Source: Chloroflexota bacterium (GTDB taxonomy: Bacteria; Chloroflexota; UBA11872; VXOZ01). Taken from it: a stretch of 64,000 bases of DNA. The first letter of the stretch is position 1. Each line of letters starts with the position of its first letter. A model generated the notes under the pieces. It was not told where the DNA came from and searched no databases. It worked only from the letters and a program-made list of their open reading frames with translations. Positions 18,697 through 28,661 of this stretch are shown here, piece after piece. The translations under genes were made by a program, and so were the position numbers. The stretch covers positions 1,504,001 to 1,568,000 of the forward strand of contig OY760183.1 of assembly GCA_963663275.1 (NCBI GenBank). Direction: 5' to 3'.

Positions 18697-19481
18697 TTAG
18701 TCCCAACGGAACAATCGTACGCTGGCGGCAACGCAGACCGCCGCCGTCGCTCCCAGGTAAACGAAGGATGCCCAGATGGGCAGGCCGACGGTCGTTTCTT
18801 CCCCCCAGCTTGCGCCCAGCCAGAGGAACGTGTGCAGGTCGTAGGCGTGCGTGAGCGGCAGCCAGTCGCCCACCAATTGAAGCGCGGCGGGGAACGCCTC
18901 CCTGGGACCGAACGCGCCGCTCAACACGAACATGGGGAAGAACAGCGTAAGTCCCAAGAATAGCGCGGTGCGCGTCCGGCCGATGCGGGCGGTGACGGCG
19001 GTCCCCAGAGCGGCAAACGCCAGGTACGAGACGAATATCGCCAACGCCACCATGGCCGCGTTGCCCCCGAAGCGTATGCCGAATACCAGCCAGCCTACGA
19101 CGAGCATGAGAGCCAGGGACGCCAGAATGACCGCCGCGCCCACCGCCAGCGGCGCGGCGATGAGCATGTACGACGGCATGGGCGTAACCCGGTACCGCCG
19201 GAAAATCGCGTATTGGCGAAACTCCACCAGCGACTGCGGCAGCGCGACGATGCCGAACATTGCCGTCACCCAGGCGATGTTGCCGGCGAGCAGAACGTCT
19301 CGCACGTGGAACATCTCCACGTCGCCCGCGCCCCTATCCACCGGGATCTCAACATTGCCGACCGAGAATCCCAGGGCGAGAAAGATCGCCAGCGGCAGAA
19401 TTACCATCATGAACATAGCCCCAGGCTCGCGCAGCGCCAGGAGCAATTCGCTATAGATCAGTCTGCGCAGGACCGTTGCGT

Positions 19482-19485
<4 letters not shown>
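18697..19485 (-). CDS. ABC-2 type exporter permease
   Basis: Six TM segments, RRYRVTP, LSGAF.P...P..LQ.....LPLTH. ATGA overlap with the ATPase gene. Confidence 0.9.
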
Positions 19486-20429
<944 letters not shown>

Positions 20430-20447
20430 GTTTTCCCTCGACTTTCA

Positions 20448-20567
20448 TTGTGATTTGTATTACAAAGTACTTTGTGAAACAATCATAACATCCGGCCCTG
20501 GGCAGAGTCAAGCCGGCTGGCGGCGGATAGTTTATTCATGTAAACTAGTTTGCACAACAAATCACAA
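20448..20567. promoter_or_regulatory. Divergent promoter region with palindromic operator candidates
   Basis: acaaagtactttgt (20462-20475), aaactagttt (20542-20551), and the inverted pair ttgtgatttgt / acaaatcacaa. Confidence 0.55.
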
Positions 20568-20607
20568 AGGTGCGCGCCACGGCTCCCGGCGCGACAGGAG
20601 GCGCTCG

Positions 20608-21240
20608 ATGCAGAAACCTGAAGGTGGGACTTCAGCGCTCACGCCGCAAGAGAGTTGGCAGACCATCCACGCGACGGTGGACAAGGCCCGCAGCTCCATG
20701 TACGTCGCGGGAACGGCGACGATACTGCTCCTCTGGGGCGTTGTAACCGCGCTGGGATTCACGTCGCAGTACGCCGTCGGGACGTGGGCGCCGGAGTTCG
20801 CGTTGCGCAATCCGTGGCTGCCCGGGCCGCTGTGGGTCGTGCTGGTAGCGGCGGGGATGGCGGGCAGCGCCGTCATCGGACACCGCGCGGGCAGCCAGTA
20901 CGCGGCCGGCGGCGCCATGCGCAGCGCCGGCATCCGGGTGTTTCTCTATTGGCTCGCGGTTGTTCTGGCGGCGTTCTTCGTGCCCGCGGCGGCGGGCATG
21001 TGGACGGCTGAAGCCGCGGCCAACATACCCCGTGTGTCCCTGGGTATTGTGGCGCTGGGATACGTCCTGTTCGGCATACTGCATCGCCCGGTGATAGCGG
21101 TCGTGGGCGGAGGCATCGCGGCGGCGTACTACGTTCCCAGCTACCTGGCGGGTGACGCCGCGCCGTTGGTAACGGCGGTTGCGATACTGCTAGTGGTTGC
21201 GCTCAGCGCGGCGTGGATTCGCAAGAGCGGCGTCCTGTGA
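20608..21240 (+). CDS. Hypothetical integral membrane protein
   Basis: AGGAGG RBS, ~6 TM helices, GTGA overlap with the downstream regulator. Confidence 0.8.
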   Translation: MQKPEGGTSALTPQESWQTIHATVDKARSSMYVAGTATILLLWGVVTALGFTSQYAVGTWAPEFALRNPWLPGPLWVVLVAAGMAGSAVIGHRAGSQYAAGGAMRSAGIRVFLYWLAVVLAAFFVPAAAGMWTAEAAANIPRVSLGIVALGYVLFGILHRPVIAVVGGGIAAAYYVPSYLAGDAAPLVTAVAILLVVALSAAWIRKSGVL

Positions 21241-21560
21241 CCGACGAGATCGTTCTGGACGAGACCATCCACCAGTCCACCCGGCTGCGCATAATGACGA
21301 TGCTGGTTTCTTTGCCCGCAGCGGACCGGCTGACCTACGGGTTCATCCAGGAGACGCTCGCCCTGACCGGCGGCAACCTGACCACCCACCTGCGCAAACT
21401 CGAACGCGCCAACTACCTGGTGGTCACGAAAGAGTTCCACGAGTCCAAGCCGCGCACGTGGCTTCAGGCGACGCCGGCGGGACGCCGCGCCTTTGCCGCC
21501 TATCTTGCCAACCTGGAGAAGGCGCTGAACTGGCGGCCGGATACGGAGACCGCCACATAG
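21237..21560 (+). CDS. Winged-helix transcriptional regulator (HTH_34/ArsR-MarR-like)
   Basis: LDETIHQSTRLRIM...LTGGNLTTHLRKLE...K.F...KPRTW...T.AGR.AF..Y. Confidence 0.9.
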   Translation: MTDEIVLDETIHQSTRLRIMTMLVSLPAADRLTYGFIQETLALTGGNLTTHLRKLERANYLVVTKEFHESKPRTWLQATPAGRRAFAAYLANLEKALNWRPDTETAT

Positions 21561-21620
21561 GGCACACGCACAAGCCCGCGCGGCGCGGTTCGCTCGGAAT
21601 ATAAAGAAGTGTAACCGCGC

Positions 21621-22778
21621 CTATCCCCGCAGCCAGCGGTCTAAGAATTGCACCGAGCGCATTCGCGCCGTCTCTTCCTCCGGCTCGACCTCGTGGCCGC
21701 CTTCGTGGACGTGGATGGCGCACTTTTCGCCGATGCCCAGGCGATCGTAGACGGCTTTCGCCTCGGCAAAGGCCTGTTCGGCCAGTTTCCAGTAGACCGC
21801 GCCGTCGTGCTTGCCTTCTTCCACCATGAACGCGCGGGGGCAGATCAGCGAGGCGATGTCGCTGTCGGCGAATTCGTGGAGATGGGCGTAGATCTTGTCC
21901 TCCTCGGCAGTGAGCGCAAAGGGACGGTAATGCTCGGAGGGGATTACCTGCTTCTGGTAGCGCTCGTTGAACCAGGCCGTGCTCACCACCGCCTGCAGGC
22001 GTGTATCCAGCGCGCCGAGCCAGAGCGCCGACTGTCCGCCCTGGGACTTGCCGTAGAAGCCGATGCGGTCGTCCGCCACCCGCGGCAGGCTCGCCAGCAG
22101 GTCTACGCTGCGGGAGAGAGCGAACATCTCCACGCCGAAGAGGTCCATGCCGATGGTGCGGCAGAGGCGGTTGAGGTACATGCGGGCGTGGGGCTGCCCG
22201 CTCTTGAGCGCCTGCAACTTGGGGGCAAAGCGTCCCGCCAGCGTGTCCGGCTCGAAGCCGGTGACCATGCGCGTGGCGAGCACGGTGTAGCCGTGCCTGG
22301 CCAGGCGTCCGCCGATGCGGTGGTAGGTGCTGTCAATGCCGGCGTGTTCGGTTTCGGTGAAGCCGCAGGCGGTTTCCGGCACGCCGTAGATGCCGATCTG
22401 CAGGACAAGCCCCGGAAACGGCCCCGCGCCGTGGGGCGTGAGCAGCAGCGCGTCGGTTTCAATCTGATCGAACACCCGGTAATGCGCCCGCTCGACGCGG
22501 AAATCGCGGGTTTCGGCCAACGGCTCCACGCGCAGATGCAGGTCCTGCCGCTCCCACGGCCAGCCGCCGAGACTCTCCAGGAAATGCCGCCGGTTGTGTT
22601 CCACCGACCGCGCGTAGGCGTCGAGGCCGGAGAAGTCGCGGTTCCAATAGCGCCCCCGCGCCTCGTATCGCTCCTTGACGTAGCGCAGCAGATATTCCTC
22701 GTACTGCTCGAACAACCGCTGCTGCCGGGGATTTACGTCGTCTATGCCGAGAACGGGCCAATCGTCATAGTAGGGCAT
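21621..22778 (-). CDS. Alpha/beta-hydrolase (dienelactone hydrolase-like) family protein
   Basis: RIGFYGKSQGG nucleophile elbow, IASLICPRAF..E.G..D, GGHE. Confidence 0.85.
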   Translation of the reverse strand: MPYYDDWPVLGIDDVNPRQQRLFEQYEEYLLRYVKERYEARGRYWNRDFSGLDAYARSVEHNRRHFLESLGGWPWERQDLHLRVEPLAETRDFRVERAHYRVFDQIETDALLLTPHGAGPFPGLVLQIGIYGVPETACGFTETEHAGIDSTYHRIGGRLARHGYTVLATRMVTGFEPDTLAGRFAPKLQALKSGQPHARMYLNRLCRTIGMDLFGVEMFALSRSVDLLASLPRVADDRIGFYGKSQGGQSALWLGALDTRLQAVVSTAWFNERYQKQVIPSEHYRPFALTAEEDKIYAHLHEFADSDIASLICPRAFMVEEGKHDGAVYWKLAEQAFAEAKAVYDRLGIGEKCAIHVHEGGHEVEPEEETARMRSVQFLDRWLRG

Positions 22779-22856
22779 GGTGCAGAGCCTCCTGTTTCAA
22801 TGAGCAACGAGTACATGCAATGTGGGACGGTCCGCGCTCCTCTTTCAACCTGAGAT

Positions 22857-23063
22857 CCGTTCGTGCTGAGCCTGTCGAAGCACACGGAGAGGGGGCAATA
22901 CGACTGTCAGTCCGCTCCGGCGCCGTTCACCCTTCGACGTTGCTCAGGGCGAACGGAGAGGTCAGTAGCCGCTCCACAATTCCCCCTCGCTACTTTCTTT
23001 CTCCGTTCGTGCTGAGCACTTCGACAAGCTCAGTACGGGCATGTCGAAACATTCGTGCTGAGT
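22857..23063. repeat. REP-like cluster (ccgttcgtgctgagcctgtcgaag family)
   Basis: Several ccgttcgtgctgag / cttcgac..gctcagggcgaacgg copies. Confidence 0.8.
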
Positions 23064-23114
23064 TCTATTTGATCAGCATGACCGGACTAGGCGCCCAGCG
23101 CATCCACGCGCGGG

Positions 23115-24530
23115 TCAGCCGCCCGCCGCGATACCGCTCAATCCCGGCTGCACCATCTTTGCCGGATCCAGCGCCTCATCCAGTTGCGCGTCGGTGAGGT
23201 CGGTGAGTTCCTTCGCCACCTCGCGCACAGTCTTGTTTTCGGCATAGGCGGTCTTGGCGATGACGGCGGCTTGGTCGTAGCCCACCAGGGGCGCGAGGGC
23301 CGTGGCGGTCATGAGGCCGCGTTCCACCGTGGCGGGGCCGTGCTCCGTGGCCTGGATGCCGCTCACGCACTGGTCGGCAAAGTTCGCCGCCGCGTTGCTG
23401 AGCAGACCGATTGGGCGCAGCACGTTGTACGCCGCCACCGGCAGCATCGTATTCAGCTCGAAGTATCCCCACTGGCCGGAGAGCGTCACCACGTGGTGGT
23501 TGCCCATGGCTTGGGCGCAGACCTGGATGACCGATTCGGGAATGACGGGATTTACCTTGCCGGGCATGATGCTGCTCCCGGGCTGCACCTCCGGCAGCAG
23601 CAGTTCGCCGAGACCGGCGCGGGGGCCGGAGCCCAGCCAGCGGACGTCGTTGGCGATCTTCAGCAGCGCCACGGCCACGGTATTCAACATGCCACTGGTC
23701 ATCACCAGCGTGTCGATGGCGCTCTGGGCCTGGAAGTGGTTCTCGGTCTCGCGCACGTGGCAGCCGGTGGCGCCGCGCAGCTTGGCGCAGACCAGGCGCG
23801 CGAACCGCGGATGGGCGTTGATGCCGGTGCCCACCGCCGTGCCGCCCAGCGCCAGTTCGCCCAGCCAGTCCTCGGCGTGGCGCAGGTGCTTGAGCGCCCG
23901 CTCGATCTGGCCGGCGTAGCCCTGAAACTCCTGCCCCAGGCGGATGGGCGTGGCGTCCTGCAAGTGGGTGCGCCCGGTCTTGATGATCGGCATGAATTCT
24001 TCGGCTTTGGCCGCCAACGCGCCCTGAAGCTTTGCCAAGGCGGGTATCAGGTCTTCCCGGATGCCCAGGAGCGCCGAAAGATGCATCGCCGCCGGAATCA
24101 CGTCGTTGGACGACTGGCAGATGTTCACGTGGTCGTTGGGATGGACGGTGCGCGAGCCGCGCGCCTCGCCGAGGATTTCCACCGCGCGGTTGGCGATGAC
24201 CTCGTTGGCGTTCATGTTGGTGGAAGTGCCGGAGCCGGTCTGGAAGACGTCGAGCACAAACTCGCTATCCAGCGCGCCGTCCGCCACTTCCCCCGCCGCC
24301 TGGATGATCGCGCCGGCCAGCGCGTCGTCCAGCAAGCCGAGTTCCCGGTTAGCCTCCGCCGCCTTTTGCTTGATAAGGCCGAGCGCCTGGATGAACCGGC
24401 GCGGAAAGCGCAGGTCGCTGATGGGGAAGTTCAAGACCGCCCGCTGGGTGGACGCGCCGTAGTAGGCGTCAGCGGGCACTTCCATCGCGCCCATCGAGTC
24501 GCGCTCGGTGCGGGTTTCCATCGATGCCAT
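23115..24530 (-). CDS. fumC: Class II fumarate hydratase
   Basis: R.E.DSMG, QTGSGTSTNMNANEVIANRA, GRTHLQDATP and GSSIMPGKVNP motifs. Confidence 0.93.
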   Translation of the reverse strand: MASMETRTERDSMGAMEVPADAYYGASTQRAVLNFPISDLRFPRRFIQALGLIKQKAAEANRELGLLDDALAGAIIQAAGEVADGALDSEFVLDVFQTGSGTSTNMNANEVIANRAVEILGEARGSRTVHPNDHVNICQSSNDVIPAAMHLSALLGIREDLIPALAKLQGALAAKAEEFMPIIKTGRTHLQDATPIRLGQEFQGYAGQIERALKHLRHAEDWLGELALGGTAVGTGINAHPRFARLVCAKLRGATGCHVRETENHFQAQSAIDTLVMTSGMLNTVAVALLKIANDVRWLGSGPRAGLGELLLPEVQPGSSIMPGKVNPVIPESVIQVCAQAMGNHHVVTLSGQWGYFELNTMLPVAAYNVLRPIGLLSNAAANFADQCVSGIQATEHGPATVERGLMTATALAPLVGYDQAAVIAKTAYAENKTVREVAKELTDLTDAQLDEALDPAKMVQPGLSGIAAGG

Positions 24531-24541
24531 CGATGCTCCTT

Positions 24542-25258
24542 TCAACTGTGAAAGCGTTGCAGAATGAAGTCCCGGTGCGGCACGTTGCGCTCGGCATAAG
24601 ACCGCAAGAAGCGCGCTTTGTCGTAGGCCGCTTCCCGCCGCTCGACGCTCATGCCGGTTTCGCCAAGTGTGAGCACGGCGTACCGCGCCACCGGACGCGG
24701 GCCGCAGCCCAAGGCCCCCGGATTGAGGTAGAGCCGTGCCGCCGTTTGGAAAAAGTGGCCGTCGTGATGGTGGCCGGTGAGAATGGCTGCGGCTGGATGC
24801 GCCTCGTAATGCCCGTCCAGCTTTGCCGGGCTGGGCTCCGGATCGATCGGCGCCAGTTCTTGCGCCGCGTCAAGGTGATAGTGGGCGATGAAGAGTTCCA
24901 CGCTGCCGTGCCGGGGCGACAAGACGCGGGGCAACGCTTGCAGGCGCGGCACGAAGCCGCGGTCGAGTTCGTCCGCCACCCAGCGGTGATGGTCTTCCAT
25001 ATCTGGAAAACTGCTGGACGGCTCACCCGCGAGCACAGCGGCCAGTATCGAATCCTCATGATTGCCGGCAACGCCGGCAAAGGCGGGCAGGCCGAACAGC
25101 AGTTCCAGTGCCTCGTTCGTATCCGGCCCGATGCCGATCAGGTCGCCGGCCCCGTAGACGTGGGCCAGGTCGTCCTCCCGCGCCAGTTCCGCCAGCACGG
25201 CCCGCAGCGCCGGCGCGTTGCCGTGCACGTCGGTGATGATGCCGATCTTGGTTGCCAT
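24542..25258 (-). CDS. Metallophosphoesterase family protein
   Basis: DVHGN, GDLIG.G, GNHE, GHHH and NPGALG motifs. Confidence 0.9.
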   Translation of the reverse strand: MATKIGIITDVHGNAPALRAVLAELAREDDLAHVYGAGDLIGIGPDTNEALELLFGLPAFAGVAGNHEDSILAAVLAGEPSSSFPDMEDHHRWVADELDRGFVPRLQALPRVLSPRHGSVELFIAHYHLDAAQELAPIDPEPSPAKLDGHYEAHPAAAILTGHHHDGHFFQTAARLYLNPGALGCGPRPVARYAVLTLGETGMSVERREAAYDKARFLRSYAERNVPHRDFILQRFHS

Positions 25259-25523
25259 GGTGTCTCTCTCTGTAGGGGGAGCCGCGTATTGCGCGCAATT
25301 CACCTCTTATCGTAGACCGAGGCGGCTTTGCGCTCAACTCCCATGCCTCGCCGGCGGGCGGTTTCGTACACAGGCGGCGATTAGGCTAAGATAAGGTACC
25401 AAGAGGAAGCGAATAGGGGCATGGAGGCGTCCTGGCCGGCGGCTGGGGCGGCGCCGTTGCCCAATACGCCGGCGAGACGGCGGCCCACGCGCACCGAGCG
25501 TGAGAATGAGGAGCAAACGAGCC

Positions 25524-26759
25524 ATGGAAAAACTCGCGATCCGCGGCGGCACGCCGGTCTGTACCAGGAGGTTCCCGCCGTGGCCGCAGCATGACGAGCG
25601 CGAACTGGATCTGCTGCGCCGGGTGCTGGAGAGCAGCACGTGGGGCGGTACCGGCCACGGGGCGCTGGTGACGGAACTGAGCGAACGCTTCTGCGCCTAC
25701 CACGACGCCGCCTTTGGCATTCCGCTGACGAGTTGCACGGCGGGCTTGGACATCGGCCTGCGCGCCTTCGACATCGGGCCCGGCGACGAGGTAATCGTGC
25801 CGGCCTTCACCTTCATGGCCACGGCCTTTGCGCCCATGTACGTCGGCGCGGACGTGGTCTTCGCGGACGTGGACGCCAACTCGCTCTGCCTCGATCCGGC
25901 GGCGGTGGCCGCAGCCATCACGCCGCGCACCCGGGCGATCGTGCCCGTGCACTTTGGCGGCTATCCGGCGCAGATCGACGAACTCGGCGCGCTGGCCCGG
26001 GCGCACGACCTGGCGGTCATCGTCGACTGCGCCCACGCCCACGGCACCGAGTGGGCCGGCAAGAAGGTGGGCGGCTGGGGCGACCTGAACTCCTACAGCT
26101 TCAACCAGGCCAAGAACATGACCTGCGGCGAGGGCGGCCTGGCGACAACCGACAACGAAGCCATCTGGGAACGCTGCTTCTATACGCTGGCGTGCTTCGG
26201 GCGCAAGCACGGCCGCCCCTGGTACGAGCACCACGAACTCGGCCAGGCCTATCCCATGAACGAATTCCAGGCGGCGGTCTGCCTGCCGCAACTGGAGCGG
26301 CTGGACGAGCATACGAAACGGCGCAACCGCAACGCGGCGTATCTTTCGGGTATGCTGGCTGAAATCCCCGGCATCACCGTGCAGGAACTTGCGCCGGAGG
26401 TGACGCAGCACGGCTACCACATCTATCCCTTGCGCCTCGACGCGGCGGCGTTCGGCACGGACCGCGAGACCCTCCTGGAGGCGGTGCGGGCGGAGGGCGT
26501 GAGCATGTCCAGCGGCTATCCGTGGCCGTTGTACGACAATCCAATGTTCGACAAGAGCGACGGTTCGGTGAAAGGGGCGATCGGCGGCTTCCGCGCCGAG
26601 CCGTGTCCGACGACTGAGCGGCTCTGCCACGGCGAGGCGGTCTGGATCGGCCAAGCCACGCTCCTGGCGGAACAGAGCGCCATGGACGACATAGCGGCCG
26701 CGATTGACAAAGTACAGCGGAACGTGGATCAGTTGCAGGCGGTTGTCGGGGCTACGTAG
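25524..26759 (+). CDS. DegT/DnrJ/EryC1/StrS family PLP-dependent aminotransferase
   Basis: GPGDEVIVPAFTF.AT, DCAHAHG and SFNQAKNMTCGEGG motifs. Confidence 0.95.
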   Translation: MEKLAIRGGTPVCTRRFPPWPQHDERELDLLRRVLESSTWGGTGHGALVTELSERFCAYHDAAFGIPLTSCTAGLDIGLRAFDIGPGDEVIVPAFTFMATAFAPMYVGADVVFADVDANSLCLDPAAVAAAITPRTRAIVPVHFGGYPAQIDELGALARAHDLAVIVDCAHAHGTEWAGKKVGGWGDLNSYSFNQAKNMTCGEGGLATTDNEAIWERCFYTLACFGRKHGRPWYEHHELGQAYPMNEFQAAVCLPQLERLDEHTKRRNRNAAYLSGMLAEIPGITVQELAPEVTQHGYHIYPLRLDAAAFGTDRETLLEAVRAEGVSMSSGYPWPLYDNPMFDKSDGSVKGAIGGFRAEPCPTTERLCHGEAVWIGQATLLAEQSAMDDIAAAIDKVQRNVDQLQAVVGAT

Positions 26760-26855
26760 GGGCGGTTCGCCTGACAACATAAGGACGGTTTGCGGGGGGT
26801 GCGTACGGGCAATTCGCCGGCCCCTGTAGGGGCGGTTCGCGAACCGCCCCTACAG
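26756..26855. repeat. GTAGGGGCGGTTCGCGAACCGCCCCTAC-type REP palindromes
   Basis: Perfect palindrome at ~26826-26853 and a partial copy at 26756. Confidence 0.8.
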
Positions 26856-26935
26856 GGGCGCGCAGATTGCAAACCTACGCTACCCGAGGGAGCGATGGAG
26901 ACCCTGTGAAAGCATTGAAAGAAAGGAACGGGAGA

Positions 26936-28000
26936 ATGAGCGCCACGATTGCCACGGAGTTGCCCACCGAGAAGAAAGTGCTGCGGGATGCGCGGACCGG
27001 CGCCACCATCTGGCAACTGACGAACGCGCCCTGCGTAAATCACGCGCCGTACTTCTTGAATCCGGCCTGGGCGGGGGCGAACCACGACGCGCTCATCATC
27101 ACGTCCTACCGCAACGGCGCGCCGAATCTCTACGGCATCCAATTGCCGGACGGCGGCTTGCGGCAACTCACCACGAGCGGCGACGTTTCGCCCTGGTCGG
27201 CGTGCGTCGCGCCCGACGGCGGCCGGGTGTACTACGCCGCGACCACCCAGTTGCGCGCGGTGGATACGGCCACGCTGCAGGAGACGGTGCTTACCGATTT
27301 GCCGCCTTCTTCCTGGCTGGGCAACTGCTCGATCAGTCCCGACGGCAGTGAAATCCTGCTGGCGGCGCAGAAGGACGGCCGGAACGTCATCCTGGCGGTG
27401 CGCACCGACGGCGGCGGCGAGCGTGTGCTCTTTGCCACCGACCAGCTTGTGGCCCACGCTCAGTGGAGTCCCGACGGGCGCACGGTGCTCTTCTCCTCGG
27501 ACCTGCCGCGCATGTGGCTGGTGGAAGCCGACGGCTCGAATCCGCGTCCGCTGCGCGCGCAGACCCGCGAAGAGTGGATCACCCACGAGGCCTGGCTCTC
27601 CAACGATGAGATTATCTTCACCTACTGGCCGCACGCGCTGAAAGCCATCCGGCGCGACGGCAGCGGCGAACGCGACGTAGCGGCGTTCAACTGCTGGCAT
27701 CCCGCGCCCCGCCGCGACGGCGCGCAAATCGTCTGCGATACCACCCTGCCCGACGTGGGACTGCAACTCATCGATCCCGCCAGCGGCGCGCGCGAGACGC
27801 TCTGCCACCCGCAGGCGTCGTCACAGGGCTTCCAGTGGTCGCAGCCGGAGCCCTACATGGGCGAAACCGCGCCTGACGACGCCTACGGCCCCCAGTGGTC
27901 GCACCCGCACCCGTCGTATACGCCCGACGGCCGCGCGGTGGTCTACACCTCCGACATTTCGGGGCACGCGCAGGTCTACCTGGCGTTCCTGCCGTCCTGA
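26936..28000 (+). CDS. Oligogalacturonate-lyase/TolB-like beta-propeller protein
   Basis: D..TGATIWQLT...NHAPYF, repeated SPDG, THEAW and HPHPSYTPDG...YTSD..G. Confidence 0.8.
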   Translation: MSATIATELPTEKKVLRDARTGATIWQLTNAPCVNHAPYFLNPAWAGANHDALIITSYRNGAPNLYGIQLPDGGLRQLTTSGDVSPWSACVAPDGGRVYYAATTQLRAVDTATLQETVLTDLPPSSWLGNCSISPDGSEILLAAQKDGRNVILAVRTDGGGERVLFATDQLVAHAQWSPDGRTVLFSSDLPRMWLVEADGSNPRPLRAQTREEWITHEAWLSNDEIIFTYWPHALKAIRRDGSGERDVAAFNCWHPAPRRDGAQIVCDTTLPDVGLQLIDPASGARETLCHPQASSQGFQWSQPEPYMGETAPDDAYGPQWSHPHPSYTPDGRAVVYTSDISGHAQVYLAFLPS

Positions 28001-28167
28001 ATGGGCGCAAGGCGATACGGAGAAACGGGTAGCGCGGCGGCCGCGGCGGACGGCCTGCGGTGTGTCGCGCCTGGAGCGAGGAAAGAGGGGGGCGCGGGGT
28101 GAGGGTGAACACGCTTGGCGAATGCGACTGCGCGTCGTTCTGAAACAGGGAGGGACGGCGCTGCCGC

Positions 28168-28419
28168 TCAGGAAGCGTTGAAGAGCGCGAGCAAGAGGCC
28201 AATCACCACCAATTGCAGGCCGGCTACGGCGAACAGCATTGTGCCCATCCGTATGGTCATACGCTGTTCCAGATCCCGCAAACGCACGTCCAGGTAGTTC
28301 TTTGTAACCAGCGCGTCGCCGCTCTCGCGGTCATGGTCGATCAGGGCCTGCGCCTGGGAGTCCGAGAAGCCGGCCTCTTTGAACGCCGTATAGGCCTTGT
28401 GGGTATCGAACACCGCCAT
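28168..28419 (-). CDS. DUF1640/CCDC90-like small protein
   Basis: FDTHK....KEAGFS..QA.A...LVTK..LD..L.DLEQRMTIRMG followed by a C-terminal TM. Confidence 0.75.
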   Translation of the reverse strand: MAVFDTHKAYTAFKEAGFSDSQAQALIDHDRESGDALVTKNYLDVRLRDLEQRMTIRMGTMLFAVAGLQLVVIGLLLALFNAS

Positions 28420-28661
28420 CGTAATCCATCCTTAGCACTATGGGGCACGCGCCATGCCTACGCCTATTCTAGCACACGCCGCTTAGAGTCCGGCAAGACT
28501 CCTCCGGCATGAGCAGCCATGCTTGCGTCCCGAGAGATCGGCTACGCCATCGAGCGCCGAGGGCGCGCTCGGCGATGCGCGCGCTCATGTGCTACCGTTT
28601 CCTTGTATCGTCGTTGCAAGCGTGTTGAACTACGTTGATTCGCAGGGAAGGAGCCGCCGTC

